The position numbers and the translations under genes are program-made. From Selaginella moellendorffii (lineage: Eukaryota; Plantae; Lycopodiophyta), in the NCBI RefSeq assembly GCF_000143415.4, contig NW_003314289.1, forward strand, positions 29,109 to 93,108: DNA of 64,000 nt. The letters are read 5' to 3'. The notes beneath the pieces are model-generated. The model made no database searches. It saw only the letters and a program-made list of their open reading frames with translations, and was not told the DNA's origin. Below, piece by piece: positions 1-12,200 of this stretch (position 1 is its first letter; each line of letters opens with the position of its first letter).

Positions 1-3000
1 TTTTGTTTCTTTCCACATTTACACTCTTAATCTTTATTACCCATCCAGAAATGTAGAGATCACTATCACCATTAATAAAAATGCTCTAGCATATTCTACC
101 ACTATAATGTGGTCTATATTTCCTTGTAGTGTATTTCCCTAGAAAGTTAGCACAACTATAAAAAGGAATATATGCGTAGTGTAGATATTTTTTTATAATG
201 ATAGAGCATGTGTATACACAAAAATCTAGAATTCTAGAAGTTCTTCTGTTTACAAGCAACCTATGATTATGAAGCCCCATTTTTTAAACTGGTAATTCAC
301 GAATCTGATTATTGTCAATGTCATCATAATTAAACCTTTTTCCCAAGACTAAAACTTAGTATATAAACTACAAGGAAAAGTTATAATTGTCATAGTTTTT
401 TCATTAAGCTCCTTGCAAAGTTGAAAAGTTTATATAAGAATGACTTGAAGGAAAGTTACTACTACTTGTACTTGGACTCCTAACATTTTATATCAGTCTC
501 CACTTCCACCCGAAGTTCTACCAATATTCCACTTTCACCTTCACATAATAATCTTTTTTCTACTGTGGGCATAAATGAAGTTAAACTAAAGCTCATTATA
601 TATGAAATTCTGAATATTGCTACTAAAAAGGGATTGCTCTAGCATTTCAAGAGTAATGCCACATATTTCTCCAAGACCTTACTCCTGATATAGTAGGGTT
701 ACTTAAAAGTACATAATGTTATTATATATGATATTCAATATGCTACTCTTTTTTGCACAAATAGATCTATAGGTTTATAAACTTTTCTTGAGCATGATAG
801 CAATTGGCCAACAGTAGGTCTAGAAAATGTTCACGCATGGATATACAATAATTTCTAAGTTACAAACACATTCATTATCAATTCATTGTGAGGAACAACA
901 TCCTTTTGGGATATAGTGGAATGTAAAATCTAGGGTTGCTTTACTATACTATCTTTTTAAAGAATATATATATATATACAAAATTATATTAGTTATAAGT
1001 AACATATCTTGTTCTAGAATGGAATATTCACAATAAAACAATTATAAAAAATAAGGTATAGTGTTTGATTTAAAAATGACTTGAAAGAAGAAAAGGTGTA
1101 CACTCTCTTGCTGGCCTTCAAATTCACACAACATCCATCCTAGTTTAGTGGGAATCAATGAACATATTGAGCATTTACAGAAACACTAATGCTTTACTTG
1201 TTAATTACCTTTATTAAAGGAAAGCCCTATTAAAAATAAGTTTGTCCGCGATTGAAATACTTCCTCAACAACATTGCATAGAAGCTGGTGAATCCGATAT
1301 GATGTGTCAAAAAATTCATAAGGAGATTACTATTCAAGGATTTAGTGCTAACTCTACGAAAGCTAATTTACCCTCCTTTGCCATCTGTGAAGCTTTTGCC
1401 AAGGTTGAGAATTTTTAGAATTAGCTTCCATTATAATTGCTTCTCCTTTAATTTGGCTACATTTGCAGTGTATGATGCCCAATATACATCTATCCTAAAG
1501 GACGTCACCAATTGGAGAGTCCCTCACAAAGTTCACAAAGAGTACAAACTCATGGCTCCATATCCCTATATAAAGTAGTAAAATACATTAGTGCAACTCA
1601 AGTGTGATTGATCGCAATTCTTATTGACATCACAATTCTCATTCATAGGCAGCAATGGGATGAACCCCACATCTTGATTAATCATATTGTTGTGATGAAG
1701 GTGTGGGATGTAGTCCAAGGCAATAAACACTTGGTTGCCTTCATCATTTCAGTTGAAGATGACGGCATGATGACCTTGGTGCTGAAGTTCTCTTGGGCTA
1801 CTTGTCACTACTAGAACCCTTACACAGTCTACACCAAGACAATTGAGTAGTGCACAAGTTACTTCATAAAAACGTATTTTGAAGTGTGATCTTTAGAGTG
1901 TGATCATGAGAAGGTAATAGCAAGATCATTTGCTAGTAATGCTTACAAGAGGATCAAGGGGTGTTTTGTATGTCAAGTGGTAAAGATGGAGATAGTGGTG
2001 TTACTAAAACTATTGCATTTGTTACTAAGGCTATTTATTAGTATCATCATTAATTTTGTAGAGGGACTGTTGCAAATATAGTATAAGGAACCAACTCTTC
2101 GAGATGTAGGATCCCCCAAAATCAAGACTTGAATGAAAAAGAGTTTGTTATATGAGATCAAGTCTTAAATCAAGTCCAAGATTAAATCTGAGATCTAAGA
2201 TCAAGTCTAAGACCAAGATTGAGTCAAAAATTGAGTTCAAGATCGAGGCCAAGACCAAGACTAAATATTAATAGAGGTTATGGGGTGAAAACCCAAAGTG
2301 ATTATTTCCTTAGGGGGAAATAACTCTTTAATGGTGTAAACCAAGTTAAAGTTAGGATAAGGGTTAATAACCTTGGGCAAAAGTGAGTAAGGGTTTAAAA
2401 GGTGTTTGAGAAACCTCTCAAGGAAGTGTTTAAAAGCAACTCCCACTCCCATAAGGGAATCTAATTATAATGCTCTTGGCTGTGTTTTATTGAAGTATTA
2501 TATAGCTCATTGGTTTTTATTTCTTCTTAGGAGCTTGGGCCTTCCTTTGGGATGGAAGTGGGTGTTTAAGGCTACTTTAGGGGGAAAAAATTTGGCCCAC
2601 CGGCCAAAAAAAAAATTTTTTTTTTGTAAAAAAAGGAACGGCCCCCAAGGGGGGGGTTGATTTTGCCCCAGGGTTATTAAGTTATCCCCGCCCACCCCCA
2701 TTTCTTTTTTAAACTTTGAAAACCCCTTTTAGTTACCCCCCCCCCCCCCCCCCCCCCCCCCTTGAGGAACACATGTTTTGGGCTTTCACCCCAAGCCTCC
2801 TTAGTACCAAAAGTTAGTCTCTAGGACAAACTCAAAAATTACTAAATAGAATGTCCCTAGATTGTGAATTTGGATATGGGATGAACACCATTATGTTCAA
2901 AACAATTTCTACTTTTGTAAATATGCCAAATGAGCAAATCTAGACACTTTCCATAAATAACAATTAAGACCAAATGGTACTAACATAAAGGGCATGATAA

Positions 3001-3790
3001 CGAGGGTGTTTGGCAGACATGTTAAATTATCATTTAGTGAATATTGAGGGACCAAGCTCAATATTGTGGGGGTTATTAATACTAACAAGTGCAAACGAAT
3101 GACACAAGTTTCTCAAACCAGGCCAAGTATGCTCAACAAGAAACACATAAGGTTCCTACCTTATGTTTATCCAATCTAAGTGCATAGTCATTGACTAATT
3201 TCTCAACTAGCTCAAGTGGGAATTGATAATAGGTCCAGCAATATTGACCTCCTGCCGTCGTGGAAGTAAGAAAAGAATATCTGAAAAGACTAGCTGACTG
3301 TAGCACATGTGATTATGGGATGAGATTTAAATATATTGTCACTATGGATCTTTGGAACCTTGGGGGATAAATAAGAATAAAATAGCCACTAAGGGCTCTC
3401 TCATCAAGCAATTGCCCCTTTTCCAGTTGACTTAAGGAGAGAGAGATAAAGTGCATTACAGTTGGTATCGGAGCAAATGGCACGGGTTAAATTCCCATTG
3501 ATTAATGGCTACTTAAAAATATAATATATCCTTGAGCAAGGTATATTCCTACCCCTAAAATTTGAAATCGTATGTATTGGGCATCCATGCATATATCCTT
3601 CCTCTTGTGTGAAGTATCCACAAACGAAAGTATCCACCGTGGGACTACGGTATGAGTGGATGACTAGTTGCCTCACATAGAATAACTAGTCTACACAATG
3701 GAAGAATTGATAGATTCAATGTGGAAATGGAAGTGCTAGTTCCCTTTGGCTCAGTAGGAGTTGTTAGTCAATAGTCAATGAGGACATTAA

Positions 3791-4177
3791 TGTCAGGAAT
3801 CCCCCAATTCTTGCCACATTCCTGACTCTCGCCGGATTCCTGACCTGCAGACCACATTCCTGACTCTCGAGACACTTCCCTATTCCTGACTCTCGAGACA
3901 CTTCCCTATTCCTGACTCTCGAGACACTTCCCGATTCCTGAGTCTCGAGTCACATTCCTGATGATGATGTGGCGCCTCCTCGACCTCAGCTGTATTTAGG
4001 CCGTCCTCGATCCAAGAGTGGTGGAGCTTCATCAACCTATAGTATATATAGGTTAGCCTTGTTCCATTTCTCCACAATCTGAATCAACACCAGTCTAAGG
4101 CCTTTTCTTTGTTTTCACTAGCTTTTTCTCTTTGTCTTTAGCATTTTCCAGTCTTGATCTTGTTGGGGGTCTTGACA
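3791..4177 (+). repeat. 5' LTR of chromovirus
   Basis: Near-identical to 8880-9240 except for one extra 26-bp unit (ATTCCTGACTCTCGAGACACTTCCCT) and one visible substitution. TATA-like TATATATA at 4043-4050. Confidence 0.97.
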
Positions 4178-4268
4178 GTTTGATTCAGATTGTGTTTTTT
4201 GCTTTTCTTTTAGCTTGTTTTGATTATTTGATTGCCTTTGTCTTTTCCCCCCTTTCTTTTCTTTCTTC

Positions 4269-5246
4269 TTGCCAATGGAGTCTCCAAACCATTCTGATTT
4301 CTTTGCCGAAGTCCTTGCAAAAATCCAGTCTGAGAATACCGAGCTGAAGGCAACCCTTCTTCGCATGCAGCAGGAGCTTACTTCACTTTCGGCTCAAGGA
4401 TCTAGCAAAGTTCCTGAACCGAAGGTGAGTTTCCCGGCGAAATTTTCAGGCAAGCGTTCGGAGCTTCGTGGATTTTTGAATCAAATGGAGCTGATCTTTG
4501 CACTTCAACATCAGCGGTACCCCACTCCCGAGTCTCAAATCGGCGCGATTGGGATGTTGCTTGAGGGTGCAGCTTTGTCATGGTTTTCTCCTCTTCTGGA
4601 GAAGAGCATGAAAGGGGTCGTGGTTCCGGAGCTGATGGATCTTCAATTGTTCAAAGAGAAGCTCGAAGCATGTTTTGGCGAGACGGATCGGGTTCAGGCT
4701 GCTACCACAAAGATGAGACGTCTCTCTCAGGGGTCTCGTCCTGCCTCGATCTACGCTGCAGAGTTCCAACTCCTTGCCTTGGACACTCAGTGGGATGAGC
4801 GGGCCCTGATTGACCAATTTCGTTTCGGCCTCAACAACGGTGTCAAGGATTTGTTGCTCACCATGGAGGATCCCAAGGACCTGTCGGACGCCATCAACAA
4901 AGCTGTTCGATGTGACAATCGTCTCTTTGAACGTCGTCAGGAAAGTCGCCGCGCCGCTGTTTTTCCGTCCCAGACTCAGGAATCCCAGCTTGAGTCTTCG
5001 GGGCATAGTCCTGAACCTACTGCTCCGGTCCCGATGGATATTTCTGGTACTCCCCGACTCATTAGAGGGAAGTTGAGTCCTGCTGAGAGGCAACGTCGAA
5101 TATCTCATAATCTTTGCCTCTACTGTGCTGATCCTAATCACAAAGCAGCTGTGTGTCCCCGGAAGCCTCCCCGATTGCTCGAGTTCACTCTGCCTCAAAG
5201 TCCACCACTGTTGCAGTCGGGAAACGACCCTATCCAAACAGAGTAG
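4269..5246 (+). CDS. gag: Retrotransposon Gag (capsid plus CCHC zinc knuckle)
   Basis: [17 protein letters not shown]...YAAEF...QFRFGL, PVPMDI and [14 protein letters not shown] (CX2CX4HX4C) motifs; PEG10/sushi-like gag. Confidence 0.95.
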   Translation: MPMESPNHSDFFAEVLAKIQSENTELKATLLRMQQELTSLSAQGSSKVPEPKVSFPAKFSGKRSELRGFLNQMELIFALQHQRYPTPESQIGAIGMLLEGAALSWFSPLLEKSMKGVVVPELMDLQLFKEKLEACFGETDRVQAATTKMRRLSQGSRPASIYAAEFQLLALDTQWDERALIDQFRFGLNNGVKDLLLTMEDPKDLSDAINKAVRCDNRLFERRQESRRAAVFPSQTQESQLESSGHSPEPTAPVPMDISGTPRLIRGKLSPAERQRRISHNLCLYCADPNHKAAVCPRKPPRLLEFTLPQSPPLLQSGNDPIQTE

Positions 5247-8200
5247 GAGCTGTCTGTTTGGACTCCCCAAATAAAAATCACTTTTCTTCCTTATCAAGCT
5301 CCTCACCACCTTTCATCAAAGCCACCACCAATTCCCGCAACTTCCGCGTCCCATGTCTCCTTTCTTTCACCGGACAATCAGGACTCAAGGCTTTGGCGCT
5401 ACTGGACTCGGGTGCAACTTCCTGCTTCATGGACACGGACTTTGCTGCCCGACATCACGTTCCTGTTTCTCCTACCATACGGGATCTGAGGGTTGAAGGC
5501 ATCGGCGGGCATTTTGTGTCTCCATCTTCTGGACTTAGGGAAACGTTGCCCGTTCGAGTACACATCGGGTCCACTGTCACCGATATCGCCTTCAACATCA
5601 TCAACAGCAAGTCTTCCTCTGTGGTGCTCGGTCTTCCTTGGTTCCAACTACATCAGCCTCAGATTTGTTGGAAGGACTTACAGCTCATCTCTCCCACATC
5701 ACCATCTCCCACGGCTTCCCCTGGTGTTCATCGAGTTCGAATCAGGAAAAGTTCCCTAAACTCAAGTCGGGGTTCTGTTCCTGACTCTACGCAGTTTTCA
5801 TCCTCTTCTTTTTCCTCTCTTCCATCTTACACTGGACAGTATCCTCGTCTCATCATTCCATTTAGTCGTACCCCTCCTCCTATCTCCACAATCACTATGA
5901 AAGAACTCCTTCATGAAGAACCTCTTTTTCTTTTTGCTTTGCATGTTTCTCCTGTCAGTCTTCCTGAGAAGTATCATGATTTTGGGGATGTGTTTGACAA
6001 GAAAAAAGCTAGTGTACTGCCTGTTCATCGGCCTTATGATTGTCCCATTGATTTACAGGAAGGAGCGTCACCTCCGTGGGGGCCTATCTACGGGTTATCC
6101 CCGTCCAAGCTTAAGGCCCTCAAAGAGTACGTGGATGAGAACCTTGCCTCGGGCTACATTCAGCATTCGCAGTCCCCGGCTGGAGCGCCTGTCTTCTTTG
6201 TCAAGAAGAAGGATGGGAGCTTGCGGCTAGTCATCGACTACCGAGGTTTGAACAAGGTGACTGTTCGGAACCGTTATCCGCTGCCCCTGATCTCGGACCT
6301 GTTGGAACGCCTCGGCGGTGCCCGCTTCTTCACCAAGATCGACCTCCGTGGAGCATACAACCTGATCCGGATCCGGCCTGGTGATGAATGGAAGACTGCG
6401 TTCCGAACCCGCTATGGCCACTTCGAGTACACTGTCATGCCATTTGGCTTGACAAATGCTCCAGCGGTTTTCCAACACATGGAGAACACGGCCTATATGC
6501 GAAGCTTGAGAAATGTTCCTTTGATCAGCAGTCTGTGGAGTTCCTTGGGTACATTGTCACTCCTGAGGGTATCACAATGGATCCTGCTAAAGTCAAGACT
6601 ATTCTCGAATGGGAGCCTCCACAATCAATGTCAGACGTTCAGGTTTTCCTTGGCTTCGCCAACTTCTACCGCAAATTCATTGATCACTACTCTGACATTG
6701 TCCTTCCTCTCACACATCTCACTCGCAAGGATGTTCCCTTCTCTTGGTCTGCTGCTGCCCAGCAGGCCTTCGACACACTCAAGGCGGCCTTCAGTTTTGC
6801 TCCTGTCTTGATCCATGCTGATTCCTCACAACCTTTCTTCATTGAGGCTGACGCCTCCGACTTTGCCATTGGTGCTGTGCTATCTCAACTCAGAGCGGAT
6901 CACGAACTTCATCCGGTCGCTTTCCATTCTCGGAAATTCCAGCCTGCGGAGATCAATTACGAAATCCACGACAAGGAGCTTCTTGCCATCGTGGATTCCT
7001 TTGGAGAGTGGCGCCGTTTCTTGGAGGGGGCGAGCCATCAAACAACAGTCTGGACGGATCACAAAAATCTCGAGTACTTTGCCACTTCCCGAGTTTTAAG
7101 CCGTCGTCAAGCAAGGTGGGCACAATTCCTGAGTCGGTTTGACTTTGTTATCAAGTACAGACCTGGAAAGTTTCAAGGCCTTCCTGATGCTCTTTCAAGG
7201 CGCTCCTATCTCAGTCTCAGGCCTGGTAATCCTGCCTTCGATCAACAGGATCAAGTTATCCTTGGTCCTGATCGGCTTCAAGTTATGGCAATTTCCCTGG
7301 CCCCTCAGGACTCCTCCTTGATGGATGCAATCAGAAACGATCTTCAATCCGATGATCTTGCTAGCGACATTTTTCCCCATCTTCAGGCTGGACACCCAGT
7401 GACTCCCGACTGCCGGCGATTTGACGAGTTCGAGTTCTTAGATGGCTTATTGTACCGTGGGGAGCAGCTTTACGTTCCTGAAGGTGATGCTCGAAGGTTG
7501 ATCCTGATGGCGTGCCACGACAGCCCGACTGCTGGTCACTTCGGCATTGCGAAAACCTATGAGCTAGTTGCACGGGACTTTTGGTGGCCTCACATGGACG
7601 ACTACATCAAAGCTTTTGTTACCTCCTGTGACACTTGTGCCCGGAATAAGGTACCTCGCCACCTTCCTTCAGGTTTGCTTCGTTCCCTTCCGGTCCCTTC
7701 AGGTCCTTGGGAATCCATCTCCATGGATTTCTTGAGTGATCTTCCGAGTTCTGGAGGCTTCAACAGCATTTTAGTCGTGGTGGATCGCTTCACAAAGATG
7801 GCGCACTTCTTGCCATGTACCAAGGAGTTTTCGGGCGAGGACATGGCAAAACTGGTATTCAGGGAAATTTTCCGACTTCATGGGATTCCTACAGATGTGG
7901 TTTCGGATCGGGGGCCTCAGTTCATCTCTCATTTCTGGCAACGGTTTTTGCAGCTGCTTGGAGTGAAGGCCAACCTCTCTTCGGCATATCATCCTCAAAC
8001 TGATGGGCAGTCCGAGTGAACGATTCAGACGTTGGAACAATTCTTGAGGTGCTTCATCAACTATCATCAGGATAACTGGTTCGATATCCTTCCCCTTGCT
8101 GAGTTCTCCTATAACAACTCTGTTCACTCCTCTCTTCGAGTTTCCCCCTTCTTTGCAAACTCTGGTCGAAATCCCCGATTCAATCTCTCACTTCCTTCTC

Positions 8201-8868
8201 CATCTGAATCCTCTCGTTCAAATCCCCGCTCTGAATCATTTATCTCCAACCTTCAGGAAATCCACAACTCCATCTCCTTCCACCTCCATCGTGCTCAGGA
8301 ATCTCATCAAACATTTGCCAATGTCCATCGTCAGGATTGTCCCCCTTACAATATCGGGGATAAAGTCTGGCTCCTCAGGCGAAATATCTCCACCACCAGG
8401 CCCTGTCCAAAACTCGATTTCAAACGCCTTGGTCCTTTCCCTATCACTGCCATCATTAATCCTGTCACCTATCGCCTTGCACTTCCCTCCTCATATCAAA
8501 TTCACCCCATTTTTCACTCCTCTCTCCTTGAGCCTTATATTCCCAGTCCTATTCCAAATCGGGTCATTCCTCCACCTCCACCAGTGCAGCTCGAGGATGG
8601 GTCTGAGTACGAGGTTCAGGACATCCTTGATTCCAAGATTTCACGATCTAAACTCTACTATCTGGTGGACTGGAAGGGTTACGGACCTGAGGAACGCACT
8701 TGGGAACCTGCGGACAACCTGATTCATTCTCCTGACCTTGTTCAGGACTTCCACCGCCGCTATCCTTCTCGTCCCAGTCCTCATTCTTTTTCTCCATCTC
8801 CCATCCCTCGCCGCTCATCTCATCCTCCTCTTCGTTCTCGTTCACATCCTCGTTCCACTCGTTCTTGA
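5219..8868 (+). pseudogene. pol: Retrotransposon Pol (PR-RT-RH-IN-chromodomain), disrupted
   Basis: Protease LLDSGA; RT motifs [11 protein letters not shown] and [13 protein letters not shown]; RNase H ADASDFAIGAVL; integrase HHCC and SMDF...SDRG...AYHPQTDGQSE; chromodomain EYEVQDILDSKI...YLVDWKGYGPEERTWEP. A deletion/frameshift at ~6481 removes YxDD, and there is a TGA at 8017-8019. Confidence 0.93.
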
Positions 8869-8879
8869 GGAGGGGGTGC

Positions 8880-9240
8880 TGTCAGGAATCCCCCAATTCT
8901 TGCCACATTCCTGACTCTCGCCGGATTCCTGACCTGCAGACCACATTCCTGACTCTCGAGACACTTCCCTATTCCTGACTCTCGAGACACTTCCCGATTC
9001 CTGAGTCTCGAGTCACATTCCTGATGATGATGTGGCGCCTCCTCGACCTCAGCTGTATTTAGGCCGTCCTCGATCCAAGAGTGGTGGAGCTTCATCAACC
9101 TATAGTATATATAGGTTAGCCTTGTTCCATTTCTCCACAATCTGAATCAACACCAGTCTAAGGCCTTTTCTTTATTTTCACTAGCTTTTTCTCTTTGTCT
9201 TTAGCATTTTCCAGTCTTGATCTTGTTGGGGGTCTTGACA
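8880..9240 (+). repeat. 3' LTR of chromovirus
   Basis: Direct repeat of 3791-4177, preceded by the PPT and followed by TSD ATTAA. Confidence 0.97.
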
Positions 9241-12200
9241 ATTAACATCTCTAAAGAGGGGGTGAATGTAGCGCATATGATTATAGGATGAGATTTAGAT
9301 ATACTATCACCGTGGATCCTTGAAACCTTAGGGGATAAATAGGGATAAAATAGCCACTAAGGGCTCTTTCATCAAGCAATTGCCCCTTTTCCAGTTGGCT
9401 TAAGGGGAGAGAGATAAAGTGCACTATATAGGTAATTTTTGATACCCAAAGTCACATTCACAATAAAAATGAGAAAACTCCAAACAAACTCACATTCCAC
9501 CACTAGACAGCCAGGATCAAGCTCCAATTCCACCATTAAACGGCCAAGATCTAAATTACGTTTCACTAGTAAATAATGATAATTGAGTGGTTTATAGAAT
9601 ATCATGTTGATCTCGAGATAAGAAAAAGTGACTTTTACAAACAAAAGGTGGTAATATATATTTTTTCAGCAATGATTGTTGGTAGCAGTTTCATTTTAGC
9701 TCAACAAGATACTTATGACAAGGAGTTGGAAGAACTCTCATCAACAATATATTATATGATAATAGCATATTATTCATTTCTTTTTTCATTCACTTACCTC
9801 TTCTATAGATGTGTCTTATTTCCCCGATAACACATTAAGGTACTATGGGTGTCTTCATTGGCTCCTACAATAAATTGCTAACATCTTTCATGAAAGATGA
9901 TATGAACATGGACATATGGTGCTAGTTCAACCATTCATGCTGAAAGATACAAATTCTCTTTGACTTTCTAGATGGTCTTTTAGATATTGATGAGAAAGTT
10001 GAGGACTAAAACTTTCTTACACTCGACCACATGTGTGATGCATTCCTCTTGTTGAAAGCACTTATGCTTGAAGCTAGTTATGTCATCTTCATCCCACTGA
10101 ATGACCTCAACTAAATATATAAGCTTATAATGTGTGTAGCAGAAGTTTATTTCAAGTCATTTTCTCCTAGGTGCATTATAAATCCTATTGGCATTGATAC
10201 TAGGGGCGTCCAAAAAAAAGCCTAAAAAGGTGATTACATATTTCATATTTTTATCTAATTTCTAAACTTTTTATTTTCTAGGTTATGATATGAACCTATC
10301 ATGCCTTCCATAGAAACACATATGATGGATTTTGTGATAGTGAGTGTGCAACCCATATTTTGCTTGGGTATGACAGTTCTACTGATATGATACCCAACCT
10401 TATGGATGAGCAAATCCATAACACATTTCTTAGGTATCGATTTTGAACTCTATCGGTGATACAAGTCTTGCTTAAGCTCTATTACCCACTAGATGGTGTT
10501 GTGATTGTTTGCATAATAGATAACAATTTTATAGTGTAAATAGTATATGACTATGGTAGGTCGGTGTTTGCTATCAAAGAATATCATTTTTTCAAACGTT
10601 GGCTCAGAGGATTTTATAAGTTGCCTCCAAGCTCAAGGAGGTAAATTATGTTTATTAACATTTCAATACATGTTTAGTTCTACTTTATAGATCATAATCA
10701 CCTACTTTATAGATCATAGTTTCTAAAATTGGAGCTTTAGAAGCCTCCCCAACTATGCAAAAGCAATAGCTCAATAAATGTAAAGCGAATCTTCCCCATA
10801 ATAACAATATAGAAGAAGGTGTAGATGGAATTAATATGTTGATGATGAGGTAGAAGAAACTTAAATGCATCCTTACAGTATTAGTGTCAAATATCATAGT
10901 TACAAATTGTCATTCTTATCTACCACCATCACTCTGTAGTGCTTGCATGTTGCCATCTTGTCTTTCAACTTTTATAAGCAATTCTATATGAAGTGATAAC
11001 ACTATTTATATAGCAATTGTGTTAGTGCTTAAGAAAACTATTCAAGCCCATATAAATGAATTCCTGACCCAAGACAAAAAGGCATATTGAGTATCTTAGA
11101 ATTCAAGTTTTGCGGGATGAACCTTAGCAGGAACACAAGAAACCTTGAGACTGGAGTAAATTACATTGTGCCTTGGCATTCCATTTGCCTACCTTTTTCT
11201 TTCTTTTCCTTTGTTAAAATGTGTGCTCATTCTGGAGAAATACAATTATTAAGTAATATCCAAAATAAAAGAGGAAACTTGATGTTATTTTTACTTGATT
11301 AACAAGATGAAAATGCTTTAGTGGTGTGTTTGAGTGCTCTAAACCCAAATAGTGCTCCCAAGCACCATAAACATCCTCTTTCCTAGCTTTTAATCACCAT
11401 CACTTCTACAAATCCCAAAAGGTTATGCAGGCACACATAAAGTATTAGGAGCACAAGGTATTTGTAACAATGTCAACATTTTGTAAGTTTTCACTACAAA
11501 AAAGCACGAGAAGTGAGTGTAAAAATTGTAATGCTTGTTTGTCTTGAAAAATTCATTGTCAGGCACTTGCAGCTTGACTTGGATTTTCTCTCTAACCTAC
11601 TAGACTCTTGTTCTCGAGCACAAAAAATAATGGCTCTCCAAAGTTTTTAACCTATACATAAAACTACTATAGAAATCTTGTGTACATCATCAGCTCCAAG
11701 AGTCCCAGTCATTAATATTTTTTGCAAGAAAAATCTGGGAACATTAGGACATCCACCAAGAAGAAAGTGTTCAAACTTTATTAATCTTGTGATAAAACAC
11801 TTCTAAGATTCTGAGTTCCAATTTATCTGGATTTGTAAACCCTTCAATTCACCTAGAATTGAGACAAGCTAAAGTTGTTGTATTTGGTATCTAGTTGCAA
11901 AATGTTAGTTGTTTGTGGTTGTCATCCTGAAAATAGGATTAAGGAGTGTGATGATCTCGCACTAAAACATAAAGATCTAGTCTCTTTAGATTATGTTATA
12001 TCTTCTCTTAAGGTTCTTTAGTGCTCAACCACCCCCATGCTACTTCAAAAGTTCCACTATGTTATTACTCCACTATGAGCCCTAAGGTAAGTTAAGTTTT
12101 TTATTAATTTACATTGACCATATGGTCAAATCTAGCATATAACAATTCCTGCCCCTACACCCCCATATAGAAAAATCCCCCTCAACTTGTACTGATGATC

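Larger units (their letters stand above)
3791..9240 (+). mobile_element. Ty3/gypsy chromovirus LTR retrotransposon (Tcn1-like), full length but defective
   Basis: LTRs 3791-4177 and 8880-9240 (TG...CA), 5-bp TSD ATTAA (3786-3790, 9241-9245) and PPT GAGGAGGGGG at ~8867. Gene order is gag, protease, RT, RNase H, integrase, chromodomain. Confidence 0.97.
3299..9428 (+). mobile_element. TRIM (terminal-repeat retrotransposon in miniature), copy 1, interrupted by a chromovirus insertion
   Basis: 162-bp direct repeats at 3299-3460 (TGTAGCACAT...GTGCATTACA) and 9267-9428. PBS TGGTATCGGAGC (tRNA-iMet type) at ~3463 and PPT AGAGGGGGTGAA just before 9267. The ~350-bp non-coding interior is split at 3790/9246 by the gypsy insertion. 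Same family as 45556-46321. No clean TSD seen. Confidence 0.85.

Noticed and set aside
1-2150. Short ORFs in AT-rich DNA
   Set aside because: No recognisable motifs; likely decayed TE or intergenic sequence.
2290-2765. Homopolymer-rich stretch ending in a ~25-nt poly-C (possible G-quadruplex on the minus strand)
   Set aside because: The blurred runs look like low-quality Sanger read ends next to a poly-C. Probably a sequencing artefact, and its ORFs are meaningless.
3299-3460. TRIM as a retrozyme (hammerhead ribozyme) or Cassandra element
   Set aside because: TTGATGAG on the minus strand is not followed by stem II and GAAA, and no 5S rRNA-like segment was recognised.
3820-3960. Short regularly spaced repeats resembling a CRISPR array
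   Set aside because: These are tandem units without unique spacers inside a eukaryotic LTR, and no cas genes are present.
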